The notes under the pieces were generated by a model. The model worked only from the letters and a program-made list of their open reading frames with translations, was not told where the DNA came from and did not search any database. From Nitrospirota bacterium (GTDB lineage: Bacteria; Nitrospirota; UBA9217), in the NCBI GenBank assembly GCA_963749655.1, contig CAVVOB010000024.1, forward strand, positions 128,001 to 192,000: a stretch of DNA of 64,000 nucleotides, in the 5' to 3' direction. The translations under genes and the position numbers were made by a program. This document shows positions 43,313-53,375 of the stretch, piece by piece. Positions within the stretch are counted from its first letter, which is position 1. The number at the start of each line of letters is the position of its first letter.

Positions 43313-43913
43313 TCAGCCCCACACATCGACAGGGGGCACTGCCTTTTCCTGTTTCTCGATTGTCTTCAGCCAGAACTGGCGTTCGCTCTGGACCAGTTTC
43401 CGTTGCTGTCGATTTGCCGATCTTTTTTACGTGGACGGAGAAGTCGTCCTGGAGAAAATGAATGACGCGGGCCTGATCGCCTCCCAGGTCCTCGGCTATG
43501 AGCGGGATTCCGTCGTTCTTCAGAAACTCACGGATAAAACGGCTGTTGACGTCGCCGACGCAGAAAAAATTGTCCCTCGACTCGGTGCCCAGATTGATCG
43601 AACCGCCGCCGAAGGCCTTTGCCTTGAGATTGGCCCGCCGTGCTCCGAGCTTCAGCATCTCGTTGATGATGAGCTCCATGGCGTGAATGCCGTACCTGCC
43701 CGCTTCGCTCATGCAGGTCGGAAGGTTCTTGGCATACCGCCGGTTGCTCAGCATGAAATGGTTCATACCGATGACCCTGTTGACAGGATCGTAGAGACAG
43801 GCGGCGACGCAGGAGCCGAGCAGTGTCCGGACCGTAACGGGCTTGTTCGTTGCGTAAAACTCTCCAGGCATGATATTGATGTGCAACCTCGATCCTCGTT
43901 CCTGTACCATCAT
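43313..43913 (-). CDS. cheD: Chemoreceptor glutamine deamidase CheD (C-terminal frameshift likely)
   Basis: TLLGSCVAACLYD, GMNHFML, RYG..AMELIIN, AKAFGGG, and EDLGG. Confidence 0.9.
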
Positions 43914-44016
43914 GGGTAATCGTCCCCGACTCACGGCTCATCAGAAGTAACTTTAGAATTATTATAACCTATTTTTGCACTAAATTGCAGCAAAACTTCC
44001 GCATAAAACGCGCTTA

Positions 44017-45543
44017 TCACGACCTCTGCCATGCGAGCCACCGGAAAAAAAGCTTCCTGATGAGAGGAGTGAGCCTCGTCCGGTTGTAGGCGTCGGCAAG
44101 CTTCCTGATCGCCTCTGCCTGCGTGGGATAGGGATGAATGGTCTTGCCGATGGCGGACAAACCGATGCCCGCGGTGATCGCGAGCGTCAGTTCACTGATC
44201 ATCTCGCCAGCGTGCCGGGCCACGATCGTGGCGCCGTGGATCCTGTCGCTTCCCTTACGGAGATGTACCCGGGCAAATCCTTCCGTCTCGCCGTCGAGAA
44301 GCGCCCGGTCGACCTCGGACAGAGGCACGGTCAGGGTCAGGACGTCGATGCCCTCCTTTCCGGCATCGTGCTCGTTCATTCCTACATGGGCGACTTCCGG
44401 ATCGGTATAGGTGCACCAGGGGACCACGAGCGAAGAAACGGTTTGCCGCGCTTTGAACAGAGCATTGGCGATGACGATGCGAGCCATGGCGTCGGCGGCG
44501 TGGGTGAATTTGTAGGGGGAGCAGACGTCTCCCGCAGCATACACACGGGGATTCGAGGTCTGCAGCCGGTCATTTACGAGGATGCCCTGCCGGCTGTCGT
44601 ACTCGATCCCGCCTGACTCGAGACCCAACCCGTCCACGTTGGGCTTTCTGCCCGTTGCGGCGAGAATTTCATCGACCGTGAGCTCCATGGTGCTCCTGTC
44701 GTCCTGAACAATGATGATCCTCTCCGCTCCCCGCTGTTCGATCCTTTTGATCTGCGTTTTGAGCCGAAGCTCCACACCGTCCCGAAGCAGAGAACGTTCG
44801 ATTACGGCCGCAGCATCGGCGTCCTCCCTCGGGAGGACCTGCGCACCTCGCTGAAGCATGGTGACCCGGCTTCCCATCCGGGCAAAGGACTGGGCAAGCT
44901 CGACTCCCACGGGGCCGCCGCCGATAACGGCAAGCCGTTTCGGAAGCGCGGTGAGCCGGAAGATGGTTTCATTGGTCAGGCAGCCCTTCCCGTCGATGCC
45001 GGGAATTGGCGGGAGCGCGGCTCTCGCACCCGTGCAGATCGCCGCCTTCTTGAAACGGAGACGTTTGCCGTCGACCCCGATGGTGTCGGGACCAAGGAAC
45101 CTGCCGCTGCCGATAAAGACATCGACGCCGAGGTCCCTGCTGAACCGCTCTGCTGAATCATGGGAGCTGATGCCGGCCCTGATGCGGCGCATGCGCTCCA
45201 TAGCCTTGCTGAAATCGACCTTTACGTCCCTTCCCGGTTCGACACCGAATTCTTCGGACGCTCTGACATCATAAGCCGCCCGCGCCGCTCTGATGATGCC
45301 CTTGGAGGGAACGCAGCCGACATTGAGGCAGTCTCCGCCGAGCAGATGCCGTTCGATGAGAGCGACCTTTGCTCCCAGGGCGGAAGCGCCTGCAGCCGTC
45401 ACCAATCCCGCAGTGCCACCCCCCAGAACGACAAGGTTGTAGTGATCGGCGGGTTCGGGGTTGGTCCATGCAGAAGGATGAACATTGGCGACCAGCTTCC
45501 GGTTGTACTCATCATCCGGCAGGATAAGATCGGCATCATCCAT
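44017..45543 (-). CDS. Pyridine nucleotide-disulphide oxidoreductase (mercuric-reductase-like, lacking the C-terminal CC)
   Basis: GGDCLNVGCVPSK, GGGPVGVE, YAAGD, and IHPYPT. Confidence 0.88.
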   Translation of the reverse strand: MDDADLILPDDEYNRKLVANVHPSAWTNPEPADHYNLVVLGGGTAGLVTAAGASALGAKVALIERHLLGGDCLNVGCVPSKGIIRAARAAYDVRASEEFGVEPGRDVKVDFSKAMERMRRIRAGISSHDSAERFSRDLGVDVFIGSGRFLGPDTIGVDGKRLRFKKAAICTGARAALPPIPGIDGKGCLTNETIFRLTALPKRLAVIGGGPVGVELAQSFARMGSRVTMLQRGAQVLPREDADAAAVIERSLLRDGVELRLKTQIKRIEQRGAERIIIVQDDRSTMELTVDEILAATGRKPNVDGLGLESGGIEYDSRQGILVNDRLQTSNPRVYAAGDVCSPYKFTHAADAMARIVIANALFKARQTVSSLVVPWCTYTDPEVAHVGMNEHDAGKEGIDVLTLTVPLSEVDRALLDGETEGFARVHLRKGSDRIHGATIVARHAGEMISELTLAITAGIGLSAIGKTIHPYPTQAEAIRKLADAYNRTRLTPLIRKLFFRWLAWQRS

Positions 45544-45598
45544 GGGAGGGAATCCTTTCGAAGCATGAAGGACCCGATTTCACGCATCAGGAAAAAAT

Positions 45599-45910
45599 TT
45601 AAAAAATCAGTACCGCATCGGGCGGACGCAGCGCGATCCGGCGCACAGCCGTGAGAATGAAAAATTGTATGCACTCAACGTGGTGGCCGAAATAGACCGA
45701 ATGGGCGATCTCAAGAATGGCCGTCGACAATTCGGTGTTGTTGACGGCGATCTTTGTCCCCAGTTCCTGGATCGTCCGCTTGCTGGCATTCACGTTATCG
45801 AGAACGTTGAGCCCGGCGAGGTCGAAGCCGAGATCGATACTGGCCAGGACCTTCTGCAGTACGCCTTCGATAAGGTCCTTTTCTTCCCTTGTTAAAACAT
45901 CAGGTGCCAT
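45599..45910 (-). CDS. Hypothetical protein
   Basis: Fills the gap between arsS and the flavoprotein gene on the same strand; no family recognised. Confidence 0.45.
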   Translation of the reverse strand: MAPDVLTREEKDLIEGVLQKVLASIDLGFDLAGLNVLDNVNASKRTIQELGTKIAVNNTELSTAILEIAHSVYFGHHVECIQFFILTAVRRIALRPPDAVLIF

Positions 45911-45955
45911 ATCGTTGTCCTGCTCTTTCCTGATGCTGCATGCCTGCTTCGGTTA

Positions 45956-45973
45956 AGCGGGCGACCGCCCGCT
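45956..45973 (-). promoter_or_regulatory. Candidate bacterial SECIS hairpin
   Basis: AGCGGGC-GGUC-GCCCGCU stem-loop starting 17 nt after the in-frame UGA of arsS. Confidence 0.6.
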
Positions 45974-46940
45974 ACGCAATGGCCCCTATTCATGACGATC
46001 CCTGCCCTGCCGTGCAGCCGAAACAGTGCTCGCCCGCCGCTATAACCCGATCCGAAAGCGCATCGTAGTCGAAGGCTTCGATGCGGTGAGCCGGGGACTG
46101 CGCCGGAAGATCCAGAACCTGGTTGAAATCACAGTCGTACAACGTTCCGTTCCATCCTACGCTCAGAATATGCCTGCACATGACTTTATCGAGTGCGGCG
46201 GGATTGAAGGCCCCGGCAAGCTTGTCCAGATATCTATCGAGGTTCCCGGTGCGTTCGAGAAAATTGCGGAACCTCCCGATCGGCATGTTGGCGAAGGCAT
46301 AGAGCCGCGTGAACGACAGGCCGAAGCGGTCTTTGAGCGACCGCCGGTATTCCGTTTCCAGAGCTTCCTGCGCAGGCGGGAGGAACATTCCCTGGGGATT
46401 GTACACGAGATTCAAAGGGAGGTCGTTGGATTCGCCCGCGCCGCACCCATATCCAAGGCTGTTCAACATTTTGAGGGCATTGATGCTTTTCAGGAAGGTT
46501 CCGCTCCCCCTCACCCGGTCAACGCCGTCTTCAAGATAAAAGGGCAGCGATGCGATCAGTTCAACCTGATGGCCGCAATAGAACTCCGCCAACCCCTCCA
46601 TCCCCGGTTCAAAAAGGACGGTCAGGTTCGTCCGGACGATGACGCGGCGTCCGGCTTTTCTTGCCTCTGCAACCAGCATGCGGAACGAAGGATTGAGTTC
46701 CGGAGAACCTCCCGTCAGATCGAGAGTTTCGAACGGATGATTGGCAACAACATGCAGGACCTCACGTGCGGTTTTCTCATCCATGACCTCCGTACGGTCC
46801 GGTCCACCCTGAACGTGGCAGTGTTTGCACGCCATATTGCATCGGTAGCCCAGGTTGGCCTGGAGAATCTTGAGCTCCCGTGCCTTGAGAGGTCCTCCCT
46901 GCGCGGCCTGGAGCCGTTGTTCAAACTTCGTCTGCGTCAT
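45972..46940 (-). CDS. arsS: ArsS-family radical SAM (seleno)protein with DUF3641
   Basis: QANLGYRCNMACKHCHV, DLTGGSPELN, NMPIGRF, YDCDFNQ, and HCFGCTAGQGSS-TGA-IGAIA-TAG. Confidence 0.85.
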
Positions 46941-46987
46941 TCTATCCTGCCCTTGAATCCGAAGAAGAGTACGCCGAACCCGGAAAA

Positions 46988-47320
46988 CTACAGTGAATTT
47001 CGATCAACGGCATTATGCGCCTGGATGGTATGGATGAGTGATGCCCCGCCCCGGATGGCCGATGCCACGTGCACTGCCTCGGTGATGTGCTCCAGGCCCA
47101 TTCCTTCTTCGAGACAGGACCGGGAATAGGCGTCGATGCAGTAAGGACACTGGAGCGCATGGGCCACGGCCACGGCGATCAGGACCTTCTCGCGCTTCGT
47201 AAGCGATCCCGGCTCGAGCGATGCATTGTACCATTCCATAAATTTTTTGAACAACGTCGTATTGTGCTTCCCGACTTCCCCGAACCGGTCGAGGTCTTCC
47301 GCCTTGTAGTATTCCGTCAT
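46988..47320 (-). CDS. CMD/AhpD-family peroxidase-like protein associated with ArsS
   Basis: YY..EDL..F, REK.LIA.AVAHALQCPYCIDAY, and EAVHVA.AIRGGASL. Confidence 0.85.
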   Translation of the reverse strand: MTEYYKAEDLDRFGEVGKHNTTLFKKFMEWYNASLEPGSLTKREKVLIAVAVAHALQCPYCIDAYSRSCLEEGMGLEHITEAVHVASAIRGGASLIHTIQAHNAVDRNSL

Positions 47321-47440
47321 GCCCTGTCTCCCTGCCCTGAAATTGTTGTCACGAAAGAATTTTATGCTAAATTATACCACACGAGGGGATTGCTATCGAA
47401 CGTATCATAAGGAATTGCGACGTCCCGCCTTTATCTGCCG

Positions 47441-48538
47441 TCAGGCGCCCCTGTTCCGCGCCGGCCGGATGAAAAGAAAATATACCATCGTCCAGTTGCC
47501 CAGAAAGATGAAGGCATTCGCCACCCAGCTCGATACCGCAAGCGTCGACACACCGGTGAGACCGTGGCCGATATTGCACCCTCCCCCGATCTCGGCGCCT
47601 ATCCCCATAAGGAATCCGCCGAAAAGCCCTTTCAGCAGTTCTTTCGGCGGCGGTACCTTGAGCCCGAACTCGTGCAGCAGTCTGGCGCTGATGAAGGAAC
47701 CCACGGGAACGGCAAGAACGTAGAGCGCGCTCCACGAAAAGGTCACGCCCAGTATGGTCCGCGATTCTGCGGGCACAACGGCAGAAAGGTTGTTTTGGTA
47801 ATTGCCGAAAACCACTGCAAAGAAGAATTCCCGCACCGGCCCGGTGAACGAAAGACCCCGCGCCCGGCCGCCGAAATCTTCAGACGCCCACCAGGCCGCC
47901 ACGGCCACAAGACCGACCAGCAATCCGGTGAAGGACCACGAGTACCCTCTTTTCGCCCTGCGGAACGGTTTCCCCTGGAATATGAACATCAGGAAAACCG
48001 CTGATATCGCGGTTATTACGATCCACTTGTTCACCCCGAGCACGCTGTAGAGCGTCGGCGCCGGTCCTATTGCGGGAATCTCGACCGAGAGGAGACGTTT
48101 GTACGCCGGCCGCAGAATCCCGAATTTCGTTGTCGCTATTCCGAAGAAGAAGCCGAAAACGGCCAGCAGGTAGGCGAGGTTGCCCTCTCCGACACGATAC
48201 AGGATGCCGCTGCCGCATCCTCCGGCCAGCACGATCCCCAAACCGAAAATATACCCGCCGATCACATTGGCCCAAGGTACAAAACCCTGGCGCTCGAGCT
48301 CGCCGGCAACCACTCCGCCGGCGGCATTGCCATGATGCAGCCTCCCCAGGTCTTCGAGCAGGTTTGCACCGATCATCGTGACCACCACGGCAAGCAGGTA
48401 GGCGCGCAGAAGCGTATAATCCCCGAACAGCACCTCGCGGTATGCGGAGTTCATGCAGAAACGGCCGCGCTGGAGCACGAAGCCGAAGGACAGGCCGATG
48501 ACGAGGCCCGATATGACAAATGCCGTGGCCGATACCAT
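47441..48538 (-). CDS. YeeE/YedE family sulfur-compound (thiosulfate) transporter
   Basis: GFVLQRGRFC, GG.IFG.G.VLAGGC.SG, and GGCNIGH. Confidence 0.9.
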   Translation of the reverse strand: MVSATAFVISGLVIGLSFGFVLQRGRFCMNSAYREVLFGDYTLLRAYLLAVVVTMIGANLLEDLGRLHHGNAAGGVVAGELERQGFVPWANVIGGYIFGLGIVLAGGCGSGILYRVGEGNLAYLLAVFGFFFGIATTKFGILRPAYKRLLSVEIPAIGPAPTLYSVLGVNKWIVITAISAVFLMFIFQGKPFRRAKRGYSWSFTGLLVGLVAVAAWWASEDFGGRARGLSFTGPVREFFFAVVFGNYQNNLSAVVPAESRTILGVTFSWSALYVLAVPVGSFISARLLHEFGLKVPPPKELLKGLFGGFLMGIGAEIGGGCNIGHGLTGVSTLAVSSWVANAFIFLGNWTMVYFLFIRPARNRGA

Positions 48539-48717
48539 GCTTCGCCTCCCTGAAAGAACACCCGCCGGAGTTCTTCACATGGTTCTCTGACCGTGAACTG
48601 CTGCGAAAAGCGCTCCCTTCAGGAAACTGGTGGGCATTTCTCTGCAGCATTCTTCTTTATTAAATTATATCACTCACTCTGCGATCCGGTATCGAGGATG
48701 CTGCAGACCGGGGGGAA

Positions 48718-50091
48718 TCATGTCTTCATCTCTTTGATGCGACGGATCACTTCGCTGACAGCCTGCTGGGCGTTCCCATAGAGCATGTGGGTATTGTCAG
48801 CGGTAAAAAGCGCGTTCTCGATTCCCGAATAGCCCGCGCCCTTGCCGCGCTTGATCACGATCACGTTGCGCGCCTTGTCCGCATTCAGGATCGGCATGCC
48901 GTAGAGAGGGCTTGTGCGGTCGCTGCGCGCCGCGGGATTGACCACGTCATTGGCGCCGATCACGAGGGCAACGTCGGTCTGCTCGAACTCCTCGTTGATC
49001 TCCTCGAGATCGAAGATCCGGTCGTAGGACACGCCCGCTTCAGCGAGCAGCACGTTCATATGGCCCGGCATTCTCCCGGCCACCGGGTGGATGGCGTACT
49101 TGACCGTCACGCCGGCCTCTTCCAGGAGAAGCGACATTTCCTTTACCTTGTGCTGGGCCTGGCCCACGGCCATACCGTATCCCGGCACGATGATCACCTT
49201 CTGCGCATAGAGCAAGAGTGAGGCAACATCGAGCGCCGACAGTTCCTTGAGTGAACCGGCTGCGGAAGCGCCTGACGTCTGCGACTCGCCCGAGATCGGA
49301 CGGAAGAGGATGGCCCCGATCTTTCGGTTCATTGCTTTTGCCATGAGCTGGGTCAGGAGCGTACCTGCAGCGCCGACCACGATGCCGGCCACGATGAGCG
49401 CAGGATTATTCAGAACATATCCTTCGAAGCCCACGGCCAGGCCTGTCATGGCGTTAAACAGGGAAATCACCACCGGCATGTCTGCGCCGCCGATGGGCAG
49501 CGTGACCACCGTTCCCAGAACAAGCGACAGGACAAAGAACCAGATAATGGGATAGACCGTCATCCCCCCCGACCGGAGAAGCCCGATTCCCGACACGACG
49601 ACGGCGACGGCCAGGACCAGGTTGATCGCGTTCTGGGCGGGCATGGTGAAGGACTTTCGCATGATCCCCTGCAGTTTCGCGAACGCCACGACGGACCCGG
49701 CAAAGGACACTGCTCCGATCAAGCCGCCCGCGATCGCCAGGGACGAGACAATGAGGCCGCGAGTTCCGCCGCGGGCCATTTCGATGGCGGCTATGGAAGC
49801 GGCAGCGCCGCCGCCCATGCCGTTGAACAGCGCCACCATCTGCGGCATGTCGGTCACCTTGACGGTCCTGCCGAACCACCAGGACAGACCGCCGCCCGAG
49901 GCCGCAGCGATGATCATGAGCAGATAATTGTTCATGCCCGGCCAGCCGAAGGTGACCAGGGCGGCCAGCGCCATGCCCAAACCGGCCCATGTCATGCCGC
50001 GCCGGGCAGTGACGGGCGATGACATCCCTTTCAGGCCGAGTATGAAAAGAACTGCAGCGATGATGTAGCTTGTGTTGATGAGGATCTTCAT
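48718..50091 (-). CDS. pntB: NAD(P) transhydrogenase beta subunit
   Basis: MPQMVA.FNG.GG, IGGADMPV, PGYGMAV, IHPVAGRMPGHMNVLLAEA, and GANDVVNP. Confidence 0.97.
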   Translation of the reverse strand: MKILINTSYIIAAVLFILGLKGMSSPVTARRGMTWAGLGMALAALVTFGWPGMNNYLLMIIAAASGGGLSWWFGRTVKVTDMPQMVALFNGMGGGAAASIAAIEMARGGTRGLIVSSLAIAGGLIGAVSFAGSVVAFAKLQGIMRKSFTMPAQNAINLVLAVAVVVSGIGLLRSGGMTVYPIIWFFVLSLVLGTVVTLPIGGADMPVVISLFNAMTGLAVGFEGYVLNNPALIVAGIVVGAAGTLLTQLMAKAMNRKIGAILFRPISGESQTSGASAAGSLKELSALDVASLLLYAQKVIIVPGYGMAVGQAQHKVKEMSLLLEEAGVTVKYAIHPVAGRMPGHMNVLLAEAGVSYDRIFDLEEINEEFEQTDVALVIGANDVVNPAARSDRTSPLYGMPILNADKARNVIVIKRGKGAGYSGIENALFTADNTHMLYGNAQQAVSEVIRRIKEMKT

Positions 50092-50150
50092 GGTCGGGAA
50101 TCGTCTCTATAAGTCTTCATTATTCGATGAAATAGCAATACGTCTTGTTT

Positions 50151-50222
50151 AACCGCTGAGTCGCAGAGGGCGCGGAGAAACTTCAGTGTAAACCCTCTCG
50201 GCGTCTCAGCGTCTCCGCGTTG
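50151..50222. repeat. Inverted array of CGC(A/G)GAG units (hairpin cassette)
   Basis: aaccgctgagtcgcagagggcgcggag...ctctcggcgtctcagcgtctccgcgttg. Confidence 0.7.
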
Positions 50223-50231
50223 ACGAGTTCT

Positions 50232-50513
50232 TCACTTCTTTTCGTTCTTGAACATCCCGAGCATGCGGTCCGTAACAATGTAGCCGCCTGCAGCGTTCGC
50301 GGCCCCCAGGAACACGGCGATGAACCCGATGATCTCTTCGAGCGGCGTCTGCGCTTCTCCCAGGGCGACCATTGCGCCGACGAGCACGACGCCGTGTATG
50401 AAGTTCGATCCCGACATGAGCGGCGTGTGCAGGATCACCGGCACGCGGGATATCACCTCGTAGCCGGTGAACGCAGCGAGCATGAATATATAGAGCGCAG
50501 CAAAGCCTTCCAT
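50232..50513 (-). CDS. pntA: NAD(P) transhydrogenase alpha subunit, membrane part
   Basis: LHTPLMSGSN and GGYIVTDRML.MF. Confidence 0.95.
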   Translation of the reverse strand: MEGFAALYIFMLAAFTGYEVISRVPVILHTPLMSGSNFIHGVVLVGAMVALGEAQTPLEEIIGFIAVFLGAANAAGGYIVTDRMLGMFKNEKK

Positions 50514-51640
50514 CAGGAACCTCCTTCGAGGACCTTTCTCACCCCTTCGTGCATGATCCGCCCCTGGCGGGTAAAAAGACTTCCCGCCACGATCTCGTCG
50601 TTCCAGTCCAGCGCCAGCTCTCCCTTTTTAATGAAAGGCGAGAGAAAATTGAACAGGTTTCTCGCGTACATTTCCGAGGCGTGGACCGGCATGCGTGAAG
50701 CGAGATTGATCGTTCCCACGATCGTGACCCCGTCCTTGACCACGGTTTCTCCCGGCCGGGACCCGTCCACATTGCCCCCGCTGTCGGCTGCCATGTCAAC
50801 GATGATCGCGCCTGTCTTCATTCGGCCAACCATGTCGGCGGTGACGATAAGAGGGCTCTTCCTGCCCGGGATCGCCGCCGTGGTGATCAGGACATCGACC
50901 TGGGAGATCGCCTTCGACAGTTTCTCCTGCTGCGCCAGCCGCTCGTCCTGCGTCAATTCCCGGGCATAACCGCCGCTGCCCACGGCGGACACGCCCGTAT
51001 CCACGAACCGCGCCCCGAGGGATTCGACCTGCTCCCGCGTCTCGGGCCGCACGTCATATGCCTCAACCACGGCGCCCAACCGGTGCGCGGTGGCGATGGC
51101 CTGCAGGCCCGCGACCCCCGCGCCGATCACGAGCACCCTGGCGGGGCGGAGCGTGCCGGCCGCATAGGTGATCATGGGGAAAAATTTGGGGGAGATGACG
51201 CCCGCGATAAGGGCGCACTGATAGCCGGCCACCGTGGCCTGGGAAGAGAGCGCATCCATACTCTGCGCCCGCGAGATGCGCGGGATGAGTTCGACTGCAA
51301 AGCTCGTGATATTCCGATCGCACAGCAGGCGCGCCCGCTGCCGGTCCTCGTAGGGATGAAGGAAACCGATCAGAACGGTATCGGGCCGCATGAGCGCGAT
51401 CTCCTCCAAGGACGGGGGTTGGACCTTCAAAACGACGTCCGATCGGGTGTATACTTCTGCTCCCGAGATCACGCACGTAGCGCCGAATTCCTCGTCGCTG
51501 AAAAAGCTGGCCGCGCCCGCGCCCCGCTCCAGGCACACTTCCGCACCCAGGGAGACGAATTTCTTCGCCACGTCGGGAACAATAGCAACCCGCTTCTCTC
51601 CCAGCGCTTTCTCTTTCATTACACCGATAGTAAGAGGCAT
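50513..51640 (-). CDS. pntA: NAD(P) transhydrogenase alpha subunit, NAD(H)-binding part
   Basis: EKRVAIVP, PRISRAQSMDALSS, GAGVAGLQA, GGYA, and TAAIPG. Confidence 0.96.
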   Translation of the reverse strand: MPLTIGVMKEKALGEKRVAIVPDVAKKFVSLGAEVCLERGAGAASFFSDEEFGATCVISGAEVYTRSDVVLKVQPPSLEEIALMRPDTVLIGFLHPYEDRQRARLLCDRNITSFAVELIPRISRAQSMDALSSQATVAGYQCALIAGVISPKFFPMITYAAGTLRPARVLVIGAGVAGLQAIATAHRLGAVVEAYDVRPETREQVESLGARFVDTGVSAVGSGGYARELTQDERLAQQEKLSKAISQVDVLITTAAIPGRKSPLIVTADMVGRMKTGAIIVDMAADSGGNVDGSRPGETVVKDGVTIVGTINLASRMPVHASEMYARNLFNFLSPFIKKGELALDWNDEIVAGSLFTRQGRIMHEGVRKVLEGGS

Positions 51641-51854
51641 GAACTCCCCCTCCCCGCCTGCCGACAAGACGAGTTTGCTCCGGCTGCCGGGGGCAAGAAC
51701 GACCATCTCTCTATCTTGTTTAATTATACCTTCTTTTTCCTGCAGCTCGCTCAGCAGCAGAATCAGCAGTGCCCGGTTCCGGACTGCGGAGTTTGGACAG
51801 GATTGTCCTTCTGATTCCTTGACCGGATACTGCCATCGATTATAATAGAAGGAT

Positions 51855-52602
51855 ATGGAAAACGATCCCGATCATTTTGTCCGAAACCGTCTTGGCTGGC
51901 TCGTCCTGTTCGGCATTGCCATGGGACTGCTGGAAGCGATCGTCGTAGTGTATCTGCGGGAGCTCTACTTCCCCCATGGCTTCCGCTTTCCCCTGCAATC
52001 CATGCCGCAGCGGATGGTCACGCTTGAGCTGCTGCGCGAGGCTTGCACGATAATCATGCTGGCGGCAGTTGCGGCTGTAAGCGTCAGGACCCTTCTGCAG
52101 CGATCCTCGGTGTTTCTCATCGCCTTCGGAGTGTGGGACATATTTTATTATGTATTCCTGAAGTTGCTCCTGGGCTGGCCGGACTCGCTTTTAACCTGGG
52201 ACGTACTGTTCCTCATCCCCGTGACGTGGCTCGGACCGGTTCTTGCGCCGCTTGTCTGTTCGGTTATCATGATCGCGTACGGCCTGCTCTGCATAAACCT
52301 GCGCTGGATTCACGGAACCGTGGAGAGCGGCCTGACAGGGTGGTTGCTCCTTGCTTCGGGCGCCGTCCTGTTTTGCTCACCTTTATTGCGGATTCTCTGT
52401 CAATCCTCGCCCGTCAGGAGCGATGGGGAGATTCAGCCGCCTTTCAGACAGCTATGGCAGCTCATGTACCGGGGAACTATCACTGGACGATCTTTCTAGC
52501 GGGAGAACTGTTGATAGCGGCGTCTGCGGTGATGATTTACCGAAAAACCATTCGCAAGGCTCGTGCCGGATACAGGCGAAACGTGCAGGAGAGAAAAAAT
52601 AG
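51855..52602 (+). CDS. Conserved membrane protein (frameshift near 52370)
   Basis: FGIAMGLLEA.VVVYLR, REACTIIML, FGVWDIFYY, and WDVLFLIP.TW.GPVLAP; the C-terminus continues in ORF 52043-52606. Confidence 0.65.
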
Positions 52603-52619
52603 CTGAGGCAGGCGTATGG

Positions 52620-53375
52620 TCAGACGATAATTCTTCTTCTCATCAGTTTGAAGGGGAACGGCGAAAGGACCGCCGCGGCTGTAATGAGCCAGACGATGCT
52701 CCCGAGCGCGTCACCGACAGCCCCGGAGGAGCATGCCCGGCAGACGACGACAAGGTGGTACAGCGGGGTGAACCAGGCGAGGTCCGCGACCACGCGCGGC
52801 ATGGCGTCGAGGGGGAAGAAGATACCCGAGAACAGGAACAGGGGGGTCATGAAGAGCGTGTAAAAATAACTGAAGGAATCTATCCCGGGAACGATGGCCC
52901 CGAACATGACTGAAAGCCCCGCAAAGATCAGTCCGCCTAGAAAAATGAAGGGGATCGCGAGCAGGATGAGCGGGGAATCGACCAGCCCGAACAGGGCGAC
53001 CACGATGGTTATCGTGATCCCGAAGATCACGCTCTTGGTCGCGCCCCAGAGCAGCTCGCCCGCGATAAGGTCGTCGAGGCCGACGGGCGTGGCGAGGATC
53101 GCGTCGAAGGTCTTCTGGAAGGTCATCCTGATATACGTGCCGTAGGTGCACTCGTACACCGCGGCAAACACCGACGATGAAGCGACGATGCCCGGCGCGA
53201 TGTACCGGATGTACGGCTGGCCGTGAATGTCCTTTACGAACGAACCGAGGCCGAGCCCCATGGCGACGAGGTACAGGGCCGGCTCCGCGAAGTTGAGCGC
53301 AAAACTCGTCTTGTACAGTTTGGTATAGACCAGCCAGTGCCGCTGCCATACCCTGAAGGCGCGTTTAATCCGCAA
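52620..53375 (-). CDS. ABC-2 type exporter permease (NodJ-like)
   Basis: EP.LYL..MG.GLG, YIAPG, TFDAILATP, FLFSGIFFP, and PLYH. Confidence 0.9.
   Translation of the reverse strand: MRIKRAFRVWQRHWLVYTKLYKTSFALNFAEPALYLVAMGLGLGSFVKDIHGQPYIRYIAPGIVASSSVFAAVYECTYGTYIRMTFQKTFDAILATPVGLDDLIAGELLWGATKSVIFGITITIVVALFGLVDSPLILLAIPFIFLGGLIFAGLSVMFGAIVPGIDSFSYFYTLFMTPLFLFSGIFFPLDAMPRVVADLAWFTPLYHLVVVCRACSSGAVGDALGSIVWLITAAAVLSPFPFKLMRRRIIV

Noticed and set aside
44017-45543. True mercuric reductase MerA or a mer operon
   Set aside because: The C-terminal Cys-Cys pair is missing and no merR/T/P genes are present.
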